This document shows, in pieces, positions 9,543-17,925 of a stretch of DNA of 41,746 bases (its first letter is position 1; each line of letters opens with the position of its first letter). Location: the NCBI GenBank assembly GCA_007118075.1, contig SKSH01000151.1, positions 1 through 41,746 of the forward strand, given 5' to 3'. Source of the stretch: Halobacteriales archaeon (GTDB taxonomy: Archaea; Halobacteriota; Halobacteria; Halobacteriales; SKSH01). The notes beneath the pieces are model-generated. The model was not told the origin of the DNA. It did not search any database and saw only the letters and a program-made list of their open reading frames with translations. The position numbers and the translations under genes are program-made.

Positions 9543-9695
9543 GTCATCACCACAGGTCAAACGATGGAGAATATTCCAAACGCAGACCGTGAACACTCAT
9601 TCCATGAGAATGTGTGGTGCCATTTCAATCAACTGCAACATCGGTACCTCGATTGCCAGTCGAGCTAGCGGTGGTTTTTCGTATCAAGCCCACTC

Positions 9696-12278
9696 ATGGA
9701 GGCTGTGAGTCTCAGCCGGGCGAAACCGTTGGAAGAACTCTACGAGGAGGTGCAGTCGTTCGACCGGGTGATCGTCCCAGACATCCCCTTCGGACGTGCA
9801 CTGAATCGGCGGTTGACCCGTGCGCAAACCGGATATTTCGCCGTCACACCTGATCAGCTCGTCGTAGGCGATCGTCCTGGTAAAGCTGACCGACTGGCAT
9901 TTCTTGACCTCGTCGGTGAGACCAACCAGTCATGGAAACAACTTGCGGCGAATATCGGTGAAGTACTCCAGTGTTGGGAGCATTGTGGCTCGCCCACGGC
10001 TATCCTCGAATACGACCGGTACGATACAGCAGCTATCCGAGAGGTCGTCGACCGCATCCAAACGGTCGATACGAGAGCAAGCCGGCTATCGGCGTACGAC
10101 CTCGATCAGGATCTCGAGATTGCCGTCGTCGGTGAGCAACAGCTGACCACCCTTCAACGATCGATCCTGCCCGAGGATTACACCTCGATATCGCCTTTCC
10201 TACAGACGGATCGAGACCTGCCATCGGTCAAACTGGTCGAATCGACCACCGCCATCACAGACCTGTTACTCGAGACGGTTGCCCGCAACGATCCAGGCGA
10301 TATTGCGGTCGTCATCGAGGAAGGTAGCCGATATCTCACACTGGTAGAAGCGGCATTCGACGCAGCGGGGGTGGCATACTACGGTGGACCAGGGTTCACC
10401 GACGATCCGGATCATCGAGCGATGCTCAGATTGCTCCGTCTTTCCCACGCGAGTCGATCGGTGACCGTTGGTGATGCGAGACCAATCCTCTCCCAATTCG
10501 GGGTGATACCGCCGATAAACCACGATGGAAAGCGCCTCGAGGCGCGCCCGTTCCCCGAGGCAAATCGCGTGCTTGAGCTACTCGAGACGATCCCAACGGG
10601 GAGCGTCCGCGGTGCGATTGAAATCTACGAGCGCGAGACAGAGAAGGAACTCACCACATTCACCGAAGAGCTCGACCGTATCGGACTCCTCGATGCGCCA
10701 GCAGACCAGCGAACAATCGACGACCTCACCTTCTACATTCACTCGTTCGATATCCCCTTTGATCGAGACGATGAGGGCGTGACCCTCGCTTCCGCCACCG
10801 GTGCGAGTTACGTAGATCGACCACTGGTGTTGTTCCTCGGCCTCGATCAAGGATGGGCAAGGGATATGCCACCGCGACCCTGGATCGACCGAGATCGATT
10901 CTTCAGCAGAGATCTTGAGCGGTTTCAGTTGCTCATCCAAAGCGGCACCTCACATGAGTTCCTCGTCCAAGACGTCGCCAATGGCCAACCAGTGACCCCT
11001 TGTATCTACCTCGATGCCTGCTCTGATCGATCGATTTCACGATTTGCTGATCTCACCGATGTGCCACCAATCCGACCGTTCCAACGAGGAGCGTCTGGGT
11101 TCGACCTTGATATACCAACCGTGACACCATCCCAGTTTACGACCATTAGTCAGTCATCGATGAACACGTTCGTTCACTCACCGCGAGATTACGCATTCAG
11201 CCATCTGCTAGAGAGCCCGGAATCAGTCCCACTTGAGGAGGGGAATCTCGTACACGATTTCGCTGAGTTCGCCATCGCGAATCCGTCAGCCATCGATACA
11301 GCGGTGATCGAACAAGCCGTCGACTACATGGGCTCTGAACTCGCCCCGTTCTTCGATGACGGTGAACTGGCGCTTCGAAAAACCACCTACCATGCCTGGC
11401 TCACCGCCATCGCCACGTACGTCGATGCTGATCCACCACACCATCTCTCGGTCACCATCGGTGAGCCATCTGCCGGAGAAAACCCCTTCGCCACCCTCTT
11501 CGACCTACCGGTGACGACCGCAAACACTGAGCGTTGGTTCGAGGATGAACCACTCGGCATCAAGGGTAAGATAGACCTCGTTCACAGCGACACCCATCTG
11601 GTCGATTTCAAGCGATCCACCAGGGACACCTCCGGTGCCGTGGTCCGTGCAGCGGCGGTCGATCCACCTGATTCCAAGCCGACGTTCCAAGCGCCGATGT
11701 ACCTCGCCTACCTCAGGTCGGTCGTTCCAGATCGACACCTCCGGTTCAGCCTCCTCTATCTACGCGAACTCGTTGAGGATGCCCTCATGGGAGATATCGA
11801 CCTCGCCGAGGCCAGCACCACGATAGAATACCATCCGACCAGCTTCCCATCCTTCGTCCGCTCTGTACCAGCATACGAGTCACTCGTCGAGGAGTCCTAC
11901 TCAAAGAGTCGCAAGACATTCGAGCAGCTCGATTATGAAACGTATCGGACGTTCTGGGACAACCTCAACCACGACCTGACCGACGAACTCGATATCGAAC
12001 CGGTCAAAGCACCGCTCACCGAGCACCTCATCGAGCACGTAGGTGACTACAAGTACGTCCGAACGGGGGCGGGACAGGCTCTTCGACATCTCGAAGGTAT
12101 CAGAGATTCATCCTTCTTCAACGAGGATATCGATGCCTTCGAGGCGTTCGTCGAATCCCAGATCGACGATCTGAACCGGTATCTCCGTGGGGATACTCGG
12201 TTCCCAGTGGCTGACCTCGTCGAGGAACCCGAGGATCGCCGACTCAATCATAAGGAGCTACTTCTCAAAGATGCCTGA
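9696..12278 (+). CDS. AddB-like subunit: degenerate helicase-like scaffold with C-terminal RecB-family PD-(D/E)XK nuclease
   Basis: 860 aa with no Walker A (no GKT/GKS). C-terminal nuclease motifs: GKIDLV ... HLVDFKRS ... QAPMYLAYL (D / DxK / QxxxY). The stop overlaps the start of the next gene (ATGCCTGA). Confidence 0.75.
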   Translation: MEAVSLSRAKPLEELYEEVQSFDRVIVPDIPFGRALNRRLTRAQTGYFAVTPDQLVVGDRPGKADRLAFLDLVGETNQSWKQLAANIGEVLQCWEHCGSPTAILEYDRYDTAAIREVVDRIQTVDTRASRLSAYDLDQDLEIAVVGEQQLTTLQRSILPEDYTSISPFLQTDRDLPSVKLVESTTAITDLLLETVARNDPGDIAVVIEEGSRYLTLVEAAFDAAGVAYYGGPGFTDDPDHRAMLRLLRLSHASRSVTVGDARPILSQFGVIPPINHDGKRLEARPFPEANRVLELLETIPTGSVRGAIEIYERETEKELTTFTEELDRIGLLDAPADQRTIDDLTFYIHSFDIPFDRDDEGVTLASATGASYVDRPLVLFLGLDQGWARDMPPRPWIDRDRFFSRDLERFQLLIQSGTSHEFLVQDVANGQPVTPCIYLDACSDRSISRFADLTDVPPIRPFQRGASGFDLDIPTVTPSQFTTISQSSMNTFVHSPRDYAFSHLLESPESVPLEEGNLVHDFAEFAIANPSAIDTAVIEQAVDYMGSELAPFFDDGELALRKTTYHAWLTAIATYVDADPPHHLSVTIGEPSAGENPFATLFDLPVTTANTERWFEDEPLGIKGKIDLVHSDTHLVDFKRSTRDTSGAVVRAAAVDPPDSKPTFQAPMYLAYLRSVVPDRHLRFSLLYLRELVEDALMGDIDLAEASTTIEYHPTSFPSFVRSVPAYESLVEESYSKSRKTFEQLDYETYRTFWDNLNHDLTDELDIEPVKAPLTEHLIEHVGDYKYVRTGAGQALRHLEGIRDSSFFNEDIDAFEAFVESQIDDLNRYLRGDTRFPVADLVEEPEDRRLNHKELLLKDA

Positions 12279-15123
12279 ACCCAACGAGCGCCAGCGTGAG
12301 CTGATCGATGCCCACGAGGGGATCTACCTCGTCGATGCCGGCCCGGGAACCGGCAAGACGTTCACGATCACCAGACGATATGCCTCGATCATCGACGACC
12401 GTGGTATCGATCCATCGGGCGTGTTGCTACTGACGTTCACGAACGCCGCCGCAGACGAGATGACCGACCGGATCATCGAACACTGTGATCGCGATCTAGT
12501 AGAGCTTGCTGACGCCCCGATTGGCACCTTCCACAGCCGGTGTAACGAGCTGCTACGACGCGACGGGCTCGATGCGCCACGGCACCTTGGAATCGAGGAT
12601 GACATCACGGCTACCACACAAATCGTCGAGGATGCAGGCGTCGAACGGCTCCTGTTCGAGGAGTTCTACGGCCGCTTCGTGAACGATCACCCACAACATG
12701 CTGAGTATCATCAGTTGCTTCGAGATCCGATGACGATCTTGTCCGTACTCAACCAACTGATGGCCAAGGGGATCATCCCGACGAACGACGGCTGGTACCG
12801 AGACAGCCGATCAGCGCTCCAGGGCGATCGGGTTGCATTCGATGCTCTCATCGGGGAACTGAATCGACCAAATCAGGGGGCGAATGGGGCCACTCAATCC
12901 GACCTCAGATCGAATCTCGCCGGATTCGGCCGTGATCGACGACATGCGCCAGAGGCACCCTCTGCACAGGAGATCCGTGGTGAACGAGGGACAACACAGG
13001 TGGATGTCACGTGGGTACATCAGGCGTTCAACGAAGATCGAGAGTCGCTCGTTGAGTACATCCACGACCTCTATGTGAGCTATCTCGAGTATGCGCTCGG
13101 GCGGAATATCCTCACCTTCGGGATGCTCCAGATATTCGCCTTCGTCATGCTATGTGAGGACGATGCGATCCGGACAGCATGCACCTTCGACTACGTGATG
13201 ATCGATGAATTCCAGGACACGAGCGAGATCCAATTCAAGCTGGCATTGCTCCTGCTGGATCAGCCGAACCTCTGTGTCGTCGGTGACTGGAAACAAAGCA
13301 TCTATGCCTTCCAGTACGCCGATGTCGGGAACATCACCGAATTCGAAGATCGCCTCCAGCAGTTCGTCGACGAGCTCAACCGAGATCGGAATCGCGTCGA
13401 CCTTGATGGTGCATCGGTCACATCAATTCCGTTAGAGGTGAACTACCGCTCCCCCCAGGCCATCATCGATCTCGCCGAAGATGCGCTCACCACTCCAGCG
13501 ACAGGATCTGAATCGATCGAGGACGCTGCAGCGATCCGACGTCAGATCGTCTCGCTCACGGCCGAATCAGCGCAGGCTGCACCCCAGATCGAGGCCGTGC
13601 AGGCAGAAGCCGAACTCGAAGCTGTCATCTCGAAAATACAACATATCGTTGGCAACGAGCACTTTGCGATCGACGGTGGGACCCGGCCCCCCACCTACGG
13701 TGACATCGCCGTCCTCTCCCGTACCCATTCATTTGGTCGAGAGCTCCACGCTGTCGCCAAGAACGTGGGGCTCCCTGTGGTGTATGGCGGTGATATCGAG
13801 CTCTTTGATACCGATGAAGCGAAATTGGTGCTCGCCTGGCTTCGGATCCTCTCTTACGACGATGACCGTGGATGGGCACTGGTCCTCGAGCAGGCGGGCT
13901 ACACGGTCGATGCGATCGACCAACTCCTCAAGACGCGATCCTTCCCGATGGCACTTGAGCGATTCAAGGAGGAACTCAAGGAACACCACCGATCCGATGC
14001 AATAGCCCGTAGCATCCTCGAACGTTATGGATTCGGTGGCGAGGTGGCCGACTCGATAATAACGACGATTCGGTCGATTCGGACGATCAACGATTTCACC
14101 CTCGGTGACGTCATCAGGTACCTCGAACGAGGGATCGATCAGAGGTGGACACGGTCGGTCGATGGTGTCGACACCGAACCGGCAGTGACCATCCAGACGA
14201 TTCACAGTGCCAAGGGGCTCGAATTTCCGATCGTCATCATGGCCAACATGAACCGCCATGCGTTCCCAAGTGGTGGTCGTGGTGGCGGTCGGATCCGGTT
14301 TGATGAGCGAGTCGGACTCAGGCAGACACACGAGATCGCTTCGATCGACGATCGACCACATCGCCTTGCTAGCTGGCGGTGGGATTTGCTCAATGCGGCG
14401 CTGATGCCAACGTACGATGAGGAACGACGCCTGCTCTATGTTGCGTTGACACGAGCAAAGGACCATCTCGTGTTGACCGCCGGTGACAACCCGAACCAGT
14501 TCTTCGAGGAGCTACCAGTCGAACTCGTGGAGTTCGAGCCAGCGGTCGAACCTGTCGACCTCGAACGGACGGTTCAAACACACCTCGGGTTCGAGGTACC
14601 AGCCCAGCTTGGTCCGAGGGGCATCAGTCCACATGACCTGATGGATCAGTCCGTTTTCGATGACGTTGAGGACGGGCGTGGGGTGGCACTCGGACGTGAA
14701 GTACACGATTTCGCCGAAGCCTATGTGAACGGTACCGCCAAGACGCCTAGCAACGAGGATGAGCACCGGTTGGTAACACTCATCGATGGCCTCGACGGTG
14801 AATGCGAAGCCGAAGTGCCGGTATACCTACCACTGACAGTGGGCGACCGACAGATCACCCTCTTTGGCTATGTTGATCTCCTACACCGAACAGAGGAACG
14901 CATCGAAATCATCGATTTCAAGACCGATGCTACAACTATCGCACAACCGGAGTATCGGAAACAACTGAGTGTGTACTACCACGTGCTCGAAGAGACCGAA
15001 CCGGACAAGGAGATCGTTCCAGTTCTCTACTACACCTACCTGGACCAGCGTGAACAAATCAATCCACTTTCGAGAGCTGAACTCGCGGAGCACGCGATGA
15101 AGGTGGTCTCGAGCGAGGGGTGA
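12271..15123 (+). CDS. AddA-like subunit: UvrD/Rep-family SF1 helicase fused to C-terminal RecB-family nuclease
   Basis: 950 aa from ATG 12271 (MPEPNERQRELID). Helicase motifs: GPGTGKT, MIDEFQDTS, VVGDWKQSIYAFQYA, VNYRSPQ, TIHSAKGLEFP, LLYVALTRAKDHL. Nuclease motifs: GYVDLL ... IEIIDFKTD ... QLSVYY. The ORF-track start at 12187 is an upstream extension overlapping the previous gene. Confidence 0.85.
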   Translation: MPEPNERQRELIDAHEGIYLVDAGPGTGKTFTITRRYASIIDDRGIDPSGVLLLTFTNAAADEMTDRIIEHCDRDLVELADAPIGTFHSRCNELLRRDGLDAPRHLGIEDDITATTQIVEDAGVERLLFEEFYGRFVNDHPQHAEYHQLLRDPMTILSVLNQLMAKGIIPTNDGWYRDSRSALQGDRVAFDALIGELNRPNQGANGATQSDLRSNLAGFGRDRRHAPEAPSAQEIRGERGTTQVDVTWVHQAFNEDRESLVEYIHDLYVSYLEYALGRNILTFGMLQIFAFVMLCEDDAIRTACTFDYVMIDEFQDTSEIQFKLALLLLDQPNLCVVGDWKQSIYAFQYADVGNITEFEDRLQQFVDELNRDRNRVDLDGASVTSIPLEVNYRSPQAIIDLAEDALTTPATGSESIEDAAAIRRQIVSLTAESAQAAPQIEAVQAEAELEAVISKIQHIVGNEHFAIDGGTRPPTYGDIAVLSRTHSFGRELHAVAKNVGLPVVYGGDIELFDTDEAKLVLAWLRILSYDDDRGWALVLEQAGYTVDAIDQLLKTRSFPMALERFKEELKEHHRSDAIARSILERYGFGGEVADSIITTIRSIRTINDFTLGDVIRYLERGIDQRWTRSVDGVDTEPAVTIQTIHSAKGLEFPIVIMANMNRHAFPSGGRGGGRIRFDERVGLRQTHEIASIDDRPHRLASWRWDLLNAALMPTYDEERRLLYVALTRAKDHLVLTAGDNPNQFFEELPVELVEFEPAVEPVDLERTVQTHLGFEVPAQLGPRGISPHDLMDQSVFDDVEDGRGVALGREVHDFAEAYVNGTAKTPSNEDEHRLVTLIDGLDGECEAEVPVYLPLTVGDRQITLFGYVDLLHRTEERIEIIDFKTDATTIAQPEYRKQLSVYYHVLEETEPDKEIVPVLYYTYLDQREQINPLSRAELAEHAMKVVSSEG

Positions 15124-15147
15124 GGCGATCCAGAAGGAGAACGAATC

Positions 15148-15987
15148 TCAACCGGTCGGTGCCGTGGACATCGTGGAGGTGTTTTTCTCAGACGGAAGTC
15201 GATCGAAGTCGACGTTGTCGAATTCACTCGGAGTCTTGCCGTCGGTCGCGTATAGGTACAATACCGTCTTGATGACCCCCTCCAGGGTCTGTGCGATGAG
15301 GAATGCGAGGGCGAATCCGAGAACGATCAACCCAATACCGAGGACAGCGGTGATCTGATAGACGAGAATCCCGATGACGAGGAACGGTATCGCGATGAGG
15401 AATGAGACCAACTGTACACCACCGAGGCCGATCGGGGTCTCTCCCCAGGTATCTTTGAACGCGCTTGCACTCCGTTTGAACATTCCCACCGTGTTGGTCT
15501 TCTCGAAGACGATCACCGGGACGATGAGGAAGGTCATGAGCGTCCACGCGATGCCGAAGGCGATGCCGATGACACGTCCAGCACCCGAGTTATTGCTCTG
15601 AATCCCGTTGATGATGACCCCGACAGTGGCTGCGATCGCCGACCAGATGAGCAATTTCCCCTTGACCGACCAAGCGCCAGAGAGCCCGGCGCTGACCGAC
15701 ACCTCGCCGCCTCCGATTACTTCACGCGTCTGATGGACGAGTGCCGCGGTGAAGAACGTCGAGATGAAGGTCATTCCGAGATAGACGAACAATAGCCCAA
15801 GCAACACACCACCCTCCGGTTGGATGGCCATTGCACCAAAGGTGATGCTCAAGAAGATACCGAGAAATACCAATCCGGCAACCGCCCCGACGACTGGGAA
15901 CAGCATCAATCGTGGATTGTTCCGCATCAAACGGATACTGTCGACCAAGAGCGTGATCCCTTGCTTGAACCGATCAAAGATGGCCAT
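15148..15987 (-). CDS. polytopic membrane protein (DUF6159-like)
   Basis: Start set at ATG 15987 (MAIFDRFKQGITLLVDSIRLMRNNPRLMLFP), a family-typical N-terminus from memory. About 6 TM helices. The 32-codon upstream extension in the ORF track is not hydrophobic or conserved-looking. Confidence 0.65.
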   Translation of the reverse strand: MAIFDRFKQGITLLVDSIRLMRNNPRLMLFPVVGAVAGLVFLGIFLSITFGAMAIQPEGGVLLGLLFVYLGMTFISTFFTAALVHQTREVIGGGEVSVSAGLSGAWSVKGKLLIWSAIAATVGVIINGIQSNNSGAGRVIGIAFGIAWTLMTFLIVPVIVFEKTNTVGMFKRSASAFKDTWGETPIGLGGVQLVSFLIAIPFLVIGILVYQITAVLGIGLIVLGFALAFLIAQTLEGVIKTVLYLYATDGKTPSEFDNVDFDRLPSEKNTSTMSTAPTG

Positions 15988-16089
15988 TTCAATCGATGGT
16001 GGCGATGTGTATCTGCAAAAACCCATCCATTGATGAAAATTCGATGAGACCGATGGCTTCCATTCCAACCAGATGGGAACCATCTCTGC

Positions 16090-16096
16090 TTATAAT
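16090..16096 (+). promoter_or_regulatory. TATA-like box (ttataat)
   Basis: Centre is about 39 nt upstream of ATG 16132. It is the only AT-rich heptamer in this spacer on the side of the rSAM-like gene. Confidence 0.45.
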
Positions 16097-16106
16097 GTCG
16101 AGCTGG

Positions 16107-16120
16107 CGCGTAGCTACGCG
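16107..16120. promoter_or_regulatory. perfect 14-nt palindrome cgcgtagctacgcg (candidate operator)
   Basis: The sequence is its own reverse complement. It lies between the TATA-like box and ATG 16132, where the predicted TSS falls. Confidence 0.45.
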
Positions 16121-16131
16121 TGAGTTAGTCG

Positions 16132-17133
16132 ATGTCATCAGCTCCCTGCAACCCCCCGTCACGTCCCGAACTCATCGCGTGGGAAATTGCCGATGAACAG
16201 GTGGACATGCATGCCACCACGCGAGCAGATGAGTCGGAGATCATCGAGGCCATCGCTGGATTCGGTCACGGGCAACAGGTCGTCTTGACCGGTGCAGATG
16301 TGCTCGACTCAGAGTCGTTGCGATCGACGATCATCGAGGCAGATCAAGCTGGACTCAAGTGTGCACTCTCGCCATCCGATCCACGGACGTTCGATCGAAC
16401 GACGCTCCGGGCGCTGGTCGCGGCTGGACTCGATGCAATCGTCCTCACCCTAGATGGACCCGATCGGTCATCACACGATGCCATCCACGGGGGACAGGGC
16501 CGATTCGATGCGACGATCAGGCTTGCCAGGTGGGCGACGGAACTCGGGCTCCCGATCTGGATCCGAACCAACGTCGACCAGTTGACTGAATCGAGAATCG
16601 AACACATCGCCGCACGAGTGCTAGCACTCGGTGCAGTGAGATGGTCGCTCTCGTTTGTGGTATCTGGAGACGATGGGCTTGCGGTGCCAGAACTGGTTCC
16701 CAACGAGGCAGAACGATTGCTCCGATGGATTGCTGATATCGATACTACCTCAGAACTTGAGATAATCATCATCCAAGCCCCGATGTATCAACGAATCCTG
16801 CTGGATGAACACGGTGGTGATATCGCCGGGCGATCGCTCGTCGCCGGGCAAAATATGCTGTACATCGATCATGAAGGAACGATCGCACCAGCCGGATCGA
16901 TGCCGATCGAGCTGGGGCAGATTCCCGAGGATGATCCAGTACGGGTCTACACCACAGATCCACTCGTACAGGGGCTTCGAGACCGGTCAAACCGCCAGGG
17001 GAAATGCGGGATCTGTGAGTTCAGTCAGGTCTGTGGAGGCAGTCGGGCACGGGCATTCGCTCATCTCGGCGATCCGCTGGAGCAAGATCCGCTTTGCCCG
17101 TATGTCCCGACCTTGCTCGTCGATAGATACTGA
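16132..17133 (+). CDS. radical-SAM/SPASM-family homologue lacking the CxxxCxxC radical-SAM cluster motif
   Basis: 333 aa. The TIM-barrel-like core (VVLTGADV, LTLDGPDRSSHDAIHG, IWIRTNV) and the C-terminal SPASM/twitch-type Cys motif (GKCGICEFSQVCGGSRARAF ... DPLCPY) are present. The N-terminus reads LIAWEIADEQVDMHATTRADE where the family has W-E-x-T-x-x-C-x3-C-x2-C. Confidence 0.7.
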   Translation: MSSAPCNPPSRPELIAWEIADEQVDMHATTRADESEIIEAIAGFGHGQQVVLTGADVLDSESLRSTIIEADQAGLKCALSPSDPRTFDRTTLRALVAAGLDAIVLTLDGPDRSSHDAIHGGQGRFDATIRLARWATELGLPIWIRTNVDQLTESRIEHIAARVLALGAVRWSLSFVVSGDDGLAVPELVPNEAERLLRWIADIDTTSELEIIIIQAPMYQRILLDEHGGDIAGRSLVAGQNMLYIDHEGTIAPAGSMPIELGQIPEDDPVRVYTTDPLVQGLRDRSNRQGKCGICEFSQVCGGSRARAFAHLGDPLEQDPLCPYVPTLLVDRY

Positions 17134-17241
17134 TCCGAAGGGAAGATGAGTGACACTACTACAGAACTTGAGCATAGCTGATAGGTGTTCAAATCGGGGA
17201 GTAGCACCTCCAACCAATTCCAAATTGTATTCGAAAGCTAG

Positions 17242-17314
17242 TGGGCCGGCGCAGATTCGAACTGCGGTTACGGCCACCCGAAGGCCGAAGGATGCCAGGC
17301 TACCCTACCGGCCC
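17242..17314 (-). tRNA. tRNA-Pro (anticodon CGG)
   Basis: Sense strand: GGGCCGGTAGGGTAGCCTGGCATCCTTCGGCCTTCGGGTGGCCGTAACCGCAGTTCGAATCTGCGCCGGCCCA. Folded by hand: 7-bp acceptor GGGCCGG/CCGGCCC, anticodon stem CGGCC/GGCCG with loop UUCGGGU (U33, CGG, G37), T-arm CGCAG-UUCGAAU-CUGCG, discriminator A. No encoded CCA. Confidence 0.88.
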
Positions 17315-17442
17315 ACAGGGTTTAATGGGGTTCGAGAAGCGGTTAACGATTCCGAAAACGACGTCAATCGTGTGTACTGTCGACGGCCAATGGGGGCTTC
17401 AATGCCGTCCTCAACCAGTCAATTCGAGGGGAGAAACGTCGA

Positions 17443-17835
17443 TTAATCCTGATTCTGTGCTCTGGCACCGCGAACGGCGACAACACCGGGTTGGATGTCG
17501 TCTGCATCCTGCAGCCGCCGATCAACGAGCGCGTCGAAATCTTCGGATGTATCGTAGGACTCACGCAGTTCAAGGACTACCACGCCCTTCTTGGTGATTT
17601 CATACAATCCGGAGTTCGCCGATGGCCCAACCTTATCGACCAACCCATAATCATCGAGTACCGGGAGTCTGGTGTTGATGTTCTTCCGACTCTTGTCGAT
17701 GACCTCGGCCAGATTTGGTGCAACATTACGTCCATATAGTTGCAATGCTTCCAAAATCAGAAAATCGGTTGGTCGGCGAAGTTTCACGTTTGGATCAATG
17801 GTTACCAGGGGGGCCATAGATTTAATTCTGCCCAT
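17443..17835 (-). CDS. winged-helix DNA-binding protein (PhiH1-repressor-like / MarR-like HTH)
   Basis: 130 aa. RPTDFLILEALQLYGRNVAPNLAEVIDKSRKNINTRLPVLDDYGLVDKVGPSANSGLYEITKKG is a typical haloarchaeal PhiH1-repressor-type wHTH. It sits in lower-GC surroundings with an AT-rich upstream spacer. Confidence 0.7.
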   Translation of the reverse strand: MGRIKSMAPLVTIDPNVKLRRPTDFLILEALQLYGRNVAPNLAEVIDKSRKNINTRLPVLDDYGLVDKVGPSANSGLYEITKKGVVVLELRESYDTSEDFDALVDRRLQDADDIQPGVVAVRGARAQNQD

Positions 17836-17925
17836 TCAAACCGCAAAATTAGCTGATGGCGCTGGGTTTTTAACGATTTTTATTGGAAAATTTTCAATTG
17901 CTCAGGTGGGCCGAGGTTGGGTGGG

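Noticed and set aside
9696-17314. The idea that the AddAB-like pair, the DUF6159 gene and the rSAM-like gene form a genomic island integrated at the 3' end of tRNA-Pro.
   Set aside because: There is no integrase, recombinase or transposase ORF in any frame. I could not find a repeat of the tRNA 3' half (cagattcgaactgcg-like) elsewhere in the window, and there are no terminal inverted repeats. This cannot be excluded without whole-genome comparison.
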